Source of the DNA: an uncultured Gammaproteobacteria bacterium
GTDB lineage: Bacteria > Patescibacteriota > Microgenomatia > CAZETR01 > Amesbacteraceae
Length of the DNA: 64,000 nucleotides
Assembly: GCA_964518565.1 (NCBI GenBank)
Contig: CAZFGX010000001.1
Span: 139,046 to 203,045, forward strand
Direction: 5' to 3'
Notes under the pieces: generated by a model
Databases searched by the model: none
What the model saw: the letters and a program-made list of their open reading frames with translations, nothing else
What the model was told of the DNA's origin: nothing
Part shown: positions 58,407 to 64,000 of the stretch, in pieces
How the letters are laid out: every line of letters starts with the position of its first letter
Position numbering within the stretch: position 1 is the first letter of the stretch
Translations under genes and position numbers: made by a program

Positions 58407-58456
58407 TACACTATAGGATAGACAAATATCAACATCTCTGATATAATAAACAAAGT

Positions 58457-58481
58457 ATGCCCCAATATATGGGGCATTTTT
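58457..58481 (+). terminator. Rho-independent terminator
   Basis: ATGCCCCA-atata-TGGGGCAT stem followed by TTTTTAAA. Confidence 0.55.
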
Positions 58482-58505
58482 AAACTTGGTAACTATAGAG
58501 AAAAA

Positions 58506-61500
58506 ATGAGTACAAATATGTCAAAACTCGATATCGTAGTCCCAGCAAAAAATGAGGCCGAAAATTTGCCAAAACTATTGGACAGAATAGCCAAGGCTTT
58601 GGACTCCACTAACGTGCCTTACCAAGTCATTGTCGTAAACGACTATTCAACAGACACAACAGCTAGTGTAGTTACTAATTTGGCAAAAAAATATCCAGTA
58701 AAACTTGTAAACAAGGCTGGATTACCCGGGAAGGCGTATGCAGTTTTAGAGGGTGCAGCAGTGGCGCAAGCGGAAACCATCGCTATGATTGATGCCGATC
58801 TGCAGTATCCACCAGAAGCTATTCCTGAAATGTATAACAAGGCTCAAATTGCCGGCATGGTTGTTGCGAATCGAAAAAAAGCTCAGACTTCAAAACTACG
58901 CCGATTTGTCTCTAAGACCAACCGTTCTTTGACCGGCAAATTGTTATTAGGATTTAATTGTGACACCCAATCTGGGCTGAAAGTTTTTAAAAGAGAAATT
59001 ATTACCCATCTTCAATCAGCAGATATATTTCCCTGGGCGCTTGATATTCCATTGCTTCATACAGCCAGAGAGTTGGGGTACAAAATCGACACTGTAGATA
59101 TTGATTTTGCTCAAAGAAATAGCGGAACTTCTCATGTAAATGTAATGCGTGCCACTAAGCAAATAGCATGGGGTGCACTAAAGACTAAAGTAGCCAAGCA
59201 AAAAATCTATAAGATAAAACCCATAGATACAAAAACCAGTGTCGGTGCCGGAGTGGCATTTAAGCGTCGCAGATTCATTACTCACAGCAATCTGCCACAT
59301 GAAGATTCTGCAGTTCAAACTATCACTTCATCGCAAAAAGCAGTCTTCTATATCGTTTTGGGTATTTTAGGTGTCTGTTTTGCACTATTTCCACTAAAAA
59401 CAGCAATTGTAATACTTGGAATTCTAAGTTTTGTTTACTTTATCGACATGATTTTTTCTCTCTGGATTGTCGTTAAAAGTCTACACATACCGCCTGAACT
59501 TTCATATACCAAAGAACAGCTTGAGCGGTTGCATCCAGAGCGCCTTCCTATGTACACAATTTTGTGTCCTTTATACAAAGAAGCTCGTGTACTACCTCAC
59601 TTTATCGAGGCAATAGACAAACTAGACTGGCCAAAAGATAAATTAGAAGTTTTACTTCTATTAGAAGAAGACGACCATGAAACATTGGCTGCTGCCAAGG
59701 CAATGGGTGTTCCAAAATATATCCAGCCAGTTGTAGTTCCTCATTCATTCCCCAAAACAAAACCAAAAGCTTGCAATTATGGACTACAAATAGCAACTGG
59801 GGAATATGTTGTTATCTATGATGCAGAAGATCAACCAGATGCAGATCAGTTGAAAAAAGCATACTTAGGATTTCAAAAATCATCCCACAAAGTAGTCTGC
59901 CTACAGGCAAAATTAAACTATTTCAACCCAAAACAAAATCTTCTCACCAGATTGTTTACCGCAGAATATTCACTCTGGTTTGATATCGTTTTACCTGGCT
60001 ATCAATCATTAAACACAACTATTCCTCTGGGTGGTACAAGTAATCATTTCCGGACAAAAATTTTGCGTGAGCTGCATGGTTGGGATGCATTCAATGTGAC
60101 TGAAGATTGTGATCTCGGAGCACGTTTATTTAAAAAAGGCTATCAGACATCCCTTATTGACTCAACTACGCTAGAAGAAGCAAACAGTAAATGGGGTAAT
60201 TGGTTACGGCAACGTTCTCGCTGGATGAAAGGTTATATGCAAACATTATTAGTTCATAATCGTCAACCCGTAAAATTTGTGAAAGAGCATGGATGGCATG
60301 CATTTATATTTCAGCTGGTTGTTGGTGGAAAAACTCTATTTACAATCATCAATCCAATTTTATGGTTATCAACAATTGCATATTTTGCTGCTTATAAAAT
60401 TGTTGGCCCCACCATCGAATCGCTATTTCCTCCGATAGTTTTTTATATGGCAGCATTCTCTGCGTTATTTGGCAATTTTTTGTACTTGTACTACTACATG
60501 TTGGGGTGTGCCAAACGAGGTCATTGGGAATTAGTCAAATATGTGTTTGTAATTCCATTTTACTGGCTAGCAGTTAGCGTAGCCGCATGTAAGGCGCTAG
60601 TCCAATTACTAACCAAGCCGCACTATTGGGAAAAAACAAATCATGGATTACATTTAAAAAAAACCAAAGCAGATTCAAAAATAAACGAAATCACTACTGA
60701 TTTATCAGATTTATTCGAAAATGCAAAAAAAAATGACAAAAAATCTGAACAGTCTCTCAGAATTCTGATATTAAATTGGCGAGACATGTCTCATAAGTGG
60801 GCTGGTGGGGCAGAGGTATATGTACAAGAGTTAGCTAAAAGATGGGTGAAGGCTGGACACAATGTCACAATTTTTTGTGGAAACGATGGTAGTCAATCCA
60901 GAAATAAAATCCAGGATGGCGTAAAAATTATCCGACGCGGTGGAACTTATTTAGTTTATGTATGGGCAATACTTTATTACATATTCAAGTTTCGTAATCA
61001 GTTCGATATCGTAATAGATAGCGAAAACGGTATTCCATTTTTTACACCGTTGTATGTCAGAGTACCAAAATTTTTACTAATTCATCATGTTCATCAAAAC
61101 GTATTTCGAGAGCATTTAAAGTTCCCGCTCGCGCAAATTGGTGTTTTTTTGGAAGCCAAATTAATGCCATTCATTTATCGAAACCAAAATATTGTCACAG
61201 TATCTGAATCGTCAAAAGTTGATATCCAAAACCTCGGATTTGCCAGTCGTGCAAATATTACGATAGTTAGTCCTGGAATAAACATCACCAGCTTCTCGCC
61301 GTCACTAAAAACTAAATATCCTTCATTTGTATATTTAGGCAGAATTAGGCCATATAAAAATCTTGATGTAGCAATATCAGCATTCAAAAAACTAACCCTA
61401 TACCAGCCAAACGCGACATTAAAAATAGCAGGGTGGGGAGAAAACATCTCACAATTAAAAAATCAGGTCAAAAACCTCGGACTCAACAGCAAAGTTCAAT

Positions 61501-61907
61501 TTTTGGGGCGAGTAACAGAGGAAGAAAAAAAACTTCTACTTTCTTCATCGTGGGCCATGTTGCAGCCTAGCTCATTTGAAGGATGGGGTATTACAGTTAT
61601 TGAAGCGAATGCATGTGGCACACCAGTTATCGCATCGGATGTAATTGGTTTACGAGATTCAGTAATCCCCAATAAAACAGGCATCCTCGTCCCATTAAAA
61701 GATATTGATGCCCTAGCCATGGCGATGAACAGAATGATTGTGGATCCTACATACCGAATATCAATGACTAATAGTGCCATAAACTGGGCAAAAAATTTTG
61801 ATTGGGACCAACAATCAAAAAGATTTTTCAATGTAATTTCAGACGCATATTTTTATAAACCCAATTATCAAATAATGAAAAAAAAGGCATTTATAACCCA
61901 ATCTTAA
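58506..61907 (+). CDS. Three-domain glycosyltransferase fusion: N-terminal GT2 (DPM1/GtrB-like), central membrane-embedded processive GT2 (QxxRW), C-terminal GT4 (GT-B)
   Basis: aa 1-230 IVVPAKNEAENL...VIVVNDYSTDTT...IDADLQYPPE; aa ~330-600 TILCPLYKEARVL...VIYDAEDQPD...RQRSRWMKGY flanked by TM helices; aa ~740-1133 GT4 with EGWGITVIEANACGTPVIASD. Confidence 0.8.
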   Translation: MSTNMSKLDIVVPAKNEAENLPKLLDRIAKALDSTNVPYQVIVVNDYSTDTTASVVTNLAKKYPVKLVNKAGLPGKAYAVLEGAAVAQAETIAMIDADLQYPPEAIPEMYNKAQIAGMVVANRKKAQTSKLRRFVSKTNRSLTGKLLLGFNCDTQSGLKVFKREIITHLQSADIFPWALDIPLLHTARELGYKIDTVDIDFAQRNSGTSHVNVMRATKQIAWGALKTKVAKQKIYKIKPIDTKTSVGAGVAFKRRRFITHSNLPHEDSAVQTITSSQKAVFYIVLGILGVCFALFPLKTAIVILGILSFVYFIDMIFSLWIVVKSLHIPPELSYTKEQLERLHPERLPMYTILCPLYKEARVLPHFIEAIDKLDWPKDKLEVLLLLEEDDHETLAAAKAMGVPKYIQPVVVPHSFPKTKPKACNYGLQIATGEYVVIYDAEDQPDADQLKKAYLGFQKSSHKVVCLQAKLNYFNPKQNLLTRLFTAEYSLWFDIVLPGYQSLNTTIPLGGTSNHFRTKILRELHGWDAFNVTEDCDLGARLFKKGYQTSLIDSTTLEEANSKWGNWLRQRSRWMKGYMQTLLVHNRQPVKFVKEHGWHAFIFQLVVGGKTLFTIINPILWLSTIAYFAAYKIVGPTIESLFPPIVFYMAAFSALFGNFLYLYYYMLGCAKRGHWELVKYVFVIPFYWLAVSVAACKALVQLLTKPHYWEKTNHGLHLKKTKADSKINEITTDLSDLFENAKKNDKKSEQSLRILILNWRDMSHKWAGGAEVYVQELAKRWVKAGHNVTIFCGNDGSQSRNKIQDGVKIIRRGGTYLVYVWAILYYIFKFRNQFDIVIDSENGIPFFTPLYVRVPKFLLIHHVHQNVFREHLKFPLAQIGVFLEAKLMPFIYRNQNIVTVSESSKVDIQNLGFASRANITIVSPGINITSFSPSLKTKYPSFVYLGRIRPYKNLDVAISAFKKLTLYQPNATLKIAGWGENISQLKNQVKNLGLNSKVQFLGRVTEEEKKLLLSSSWAMLQPSSFEGWGITVIEANACGTPVIASDVIGLRDSVIPNKTGILVPLKDIDALAMAMNRMIVDPTYRISMTNSAINWAKNFDWDQQSKRFFNVISDAYFYKPNYQIMKKKAFITQS

Positions 61908-61911
61908 TTAT

Positions 61912-62802
61912 ATGGAAAAAATTCAATCACTATTGGCCCTACTACTAAATTTCAAATCAGAAAATGTTAATCAACCTCCAAAGCAGGTTAAAAAATTTCA
62001 GTTGAAAAAAAATGTAAACCCAAACACTCAAGATCGACGTTTCGCAGTTGGTATATATGTATATAAAAACTCAAAAGTATTTATTAAAACCTGGACAGGA
62101 AAAATGAAAAATTTTGATTATTACGCATTACAAAATGAGATAACCGCCAACAAAATTCTTAGAAAGTATATAGAAAAGTTAAAAATAAATCATCTGTTCA
62201 CTGTTCCAAAAATTATAGAGATAGTCGAATCAAAAAACCAACTTTCAATAATATTTGAATATGTTGACGCCAAAACAATTGAGAATATTTCCACAAAAGA
62301 ACAAACTAAATTTATCAAACAAATCATATTTGGCTTAGATCTAATTTCAAAAAATTTATCAAAACAAGATAAAAAAATATTTCCCAAAAGAAATTTGTCT
62401 TGGCATGTAGAAATATTTTTATTTAAAATACTAAAATCAAATATTAGTATAAAAAATAAACTTTATGTCACCAAGCAAATATTAAATTCATATATAAATA
62501 GTCAAATCAATCCAAGTCAAAATAACTGCATTGCCCATGGTGATTTGCTTCCTACAAATATTCTAGTGAAAAAACAAAAGACTTTTCTTGTAGATTTGGG
62601 GCATACAGCAATTACATTTCCTCAATATGATATTTTATTTTTATCGACACAACCTGCAGGCATATCTTTAGTCAATGAACTACTTCCTCAAGGTTTATTA
62701 ATGACTCAAACATACGTCGCGAAAATAATTGCCTCAATATCATTAGTTTCTACAGAAAATCAAATTTTACAAGAATACTTTTACAAATTCATATGCGCAT
62801 AA
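61912..62802 (+). CDS. Aminoglycoside/choline-kinase-like phosphotransferase (protein-kinase-like fold)
   Basis: Brenner-like motif IAHGDLLPTNILV and FLVDLGH (DFG-equivalent); very AT-rich gene. Confidence 0.5.
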   Translation: MEKIQSLLALLLNFKSENVNQPPKQVKKFQLKKNVNPNTQDRRFAVGIYVYKNSKVFIKTWTGKMKNFDYYALQNEITANKILRKYIEKLKINHLFTVPKIIEIVESKNQLSIIFEYVDAKTIENISTKEQTKFIKQIIFGLDLISKNLSKQDKKIFPKRNLSWHVEIFLFKILKSNISIKNKLYVTKQILNSYINSQINPSQNNCIAHGDLLPTNILVKKQKTFLVDLGHTAITFPQYDILFLSTQPAGISLVNELLPQGLLMTQTYVAKIIASISLVSTENQILQEYFYKFICA

Positions 62803-63689
62803 AAATACCTGAAATCACTGTAGGAATCCCTGCATACAACGAATCCGCAAATATTGGCTTATTGCTTTCGGACATTAAAAAACAAAAGCTGGAAAATTTT
62901 AAATTAAAACAAATTATTGTTTCATCCGATGGCTCTACTGACCAAACAAATAAAATTGTCAAAAAATTTAAAGGCGTCAAACTATTTGCAAATAAAGACA
63001 GAAAAGGGTTGAGTCGTGGGTTAAATCAAATAATCTCAGCTACAAATACTGAGGTTCTAATTATCCTCAACGCCGATATTCGAATAAGGGATCTATATTG
63101 CATTTCTCGATTGGCATCTGAGATTTTGCATGGAAACGATCTGGTTTCATGTCCAATTGTTGACAATGGGGCAAAAAGTTTTATGGCTCAAACCCTATCC
63201 ATTAGCATGCTCTTAAAAGAGCAACTATTTAAAAATATTCGAAATGGTGTTAATCCATACGTTTGCCATGGACCTGCTCGTGCATTTTCAAAAAACTTTT
63301 ATAAAAAATTATTTTTCCCACTAAGCATTGGAGAAGATATGTATTCATATTTTGCCTGTATAGAAAATAAATTTAAATTTTATTATGTACGAGATACGTT
63401 TGTGAATTACAAATTACCTGAGACATTTGCTGACCACAACAAACAAAGTTCCAGATTTTTATCTATACATCACCACTTGTCCAAATATATAAATTCCACG
63501 GTCCTAGAAAATGAAATGCGAATTTCGTTTAAAGATTACATAATAGGAGCAATTCATTCATTGCCAGTAATATTAAAAAACATACCACATGTATTGATAT
63601 ATATTGGAATTGTTTTAGTTACCCGAATAAGTAGTTTCTTCAAAAAAACAAATCAGCAGATATGGTCAATTTCTACTACTTCAAAATAG
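62793..63689 (+). CDS. Family 2 glycosyltransferase
   Basis: ITVGIPAYNESANI ... IVSSDGSTD ... LNADIRI GT-A pattern. Confidence 0.65.
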   Translation: MRIKIPEITVGIPAYNESANIGLLLSDIKKQKLENFKLKQIIVSSDGSTDQTNKIVKKFKGVKLFANKDRKGLSRGLNQIISATNTEVLIILNADIRIRDLYCISRLASEILHGNDLVSCPIVDNGAKSFMAQTLSISMLLKEQLFKNIRNGVNPYVCHGPARAFSKNFYKKLFFPLSIGEDMYSYFACIENKFKFYYVRDTFVNYKLPETFADHNKQSSRFLSIHHHLSKYINSTVLENEMRISFKDYIIGAIHSLPVILKNIPHVLIYIGIVLVTRISSFFKKTNQQIWSISTTSK

Positions 63690-63699
63690 TACACTAATT

Positions 63700-64000
63700 A
63701 TGTCTAAATATATTATTTCCTTAAGAAAATTATTATATAGAGCCCTCGGAATATTAGATGCCTTTCTGGGTAGAACAAGTCGGACGACTATATTGGCATA
63801 TCACGGGATTTCAAGCCAAAACTGGTACTTCGATATATCAGTAAAAGATTTTCAACTGCAGATACTGGAACTGAAAAAGCAATATCAATTCATATCAATG
63901 GAAGAGTTGGAACATCGCCTAAAAAATCCTGAGCAAATAAATACTAGACCTGCAATGGTTTTAACATTCGATGATGGTTACGAAAATATACTTTCAGTTG
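63700..64000 (+). CDS. Polysaccharide deacetylase (NodB domain), 5' part; continues beyond window
   Basis: ATG at 63700; ...RPAMVLTFDDGYENI matches NodB motif 1. Confidence 0.55.
   Translation, partial: MSKYIISLRKLLYRALGILDAFLGRTSRTTILAYHGISSQNWYFDISVKDFQLQILELKKQYQFISMEELEHRLKNPEQINTRPAMVLTFDDGYENILSV

Noticed and set aside
1-64000. Alternative genetic code (UGA = Gly, code 25), raised by the in-frame TGA in the DinB-like gene
   Set aside because: Very long ORFs (SecA 916 aa, Lon 806 aa, the 1133-aa GT) are uninterrupted. No other adjacent same-frame ORF pairs split by TGA were seen. The standard code 11 fits.
1-64000. CRISPR arrays, rRNA genes, transposases or integrases
   Set aside because: None found by visual scanning. 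No regularly spaced direct repeats, no IS-like inverted repeats flanking a transposase-like ORF.

Overview
This 64 kb window reads as a gene-dense, low-GC, mostly housekeeping segment of a small bacterial genome. The gene content and domain architectures are compatible with a Patescibacteria/CPR-like or reduced Gram-positive-like organism, but that placement is low confidence. The standard genetic code is used: long ORFs such as SecA, Lon and an 1133-aa glycosyltransferase are unbroken.

Recognisable core genes: gltX (3' part), lon, greA-lysS-serS, secA, typA, sodA, prfB, ftsE-ftsX plus an M23 peptidase, xseA-xseB, a Zn/Mn-type metal ABC importer, a MacAB-type efflux triad, an OmpR/HK two-component pair, an ECF sigma factor, a ClpC-like ATPase, a beta-CASP RNase, nrnA-like DHH, and several DNA-repair glycosylases. 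Two tRNAs are on the minus strand: tRNA-Gln(CUG) at about 7.4 kb and tRNA-Glu(CUC) at about 25.9 kb.

Accessory or unusual content:
- a carotenoid module with a CrtI-CrtB fusion followed by a fused lycopene-cyclase-domain gene;
- a DinB_2-like gene interrupted by an in-frame TGA;
- small hypothetical two-gene and six-gene clusters next to the two tRNAs, by eye higher in GC, with their own promoters and terminators;
- a membrane-anchored Clp/Hsp100 ATPase with a degenerate first ATPase domain;
- an M23 peptidase whose catalytic motifs appear in permuted order;
- a greA leader carrying a promoter followed by an intrinsic terminator;
- an AT-rich cell-envelope glycan locus headed by a three-domain (GT2 + processive GT2 + GT4) glycosyltransferase fusion.

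No CRISPR array, rRNA, transposase or integrase was seen.
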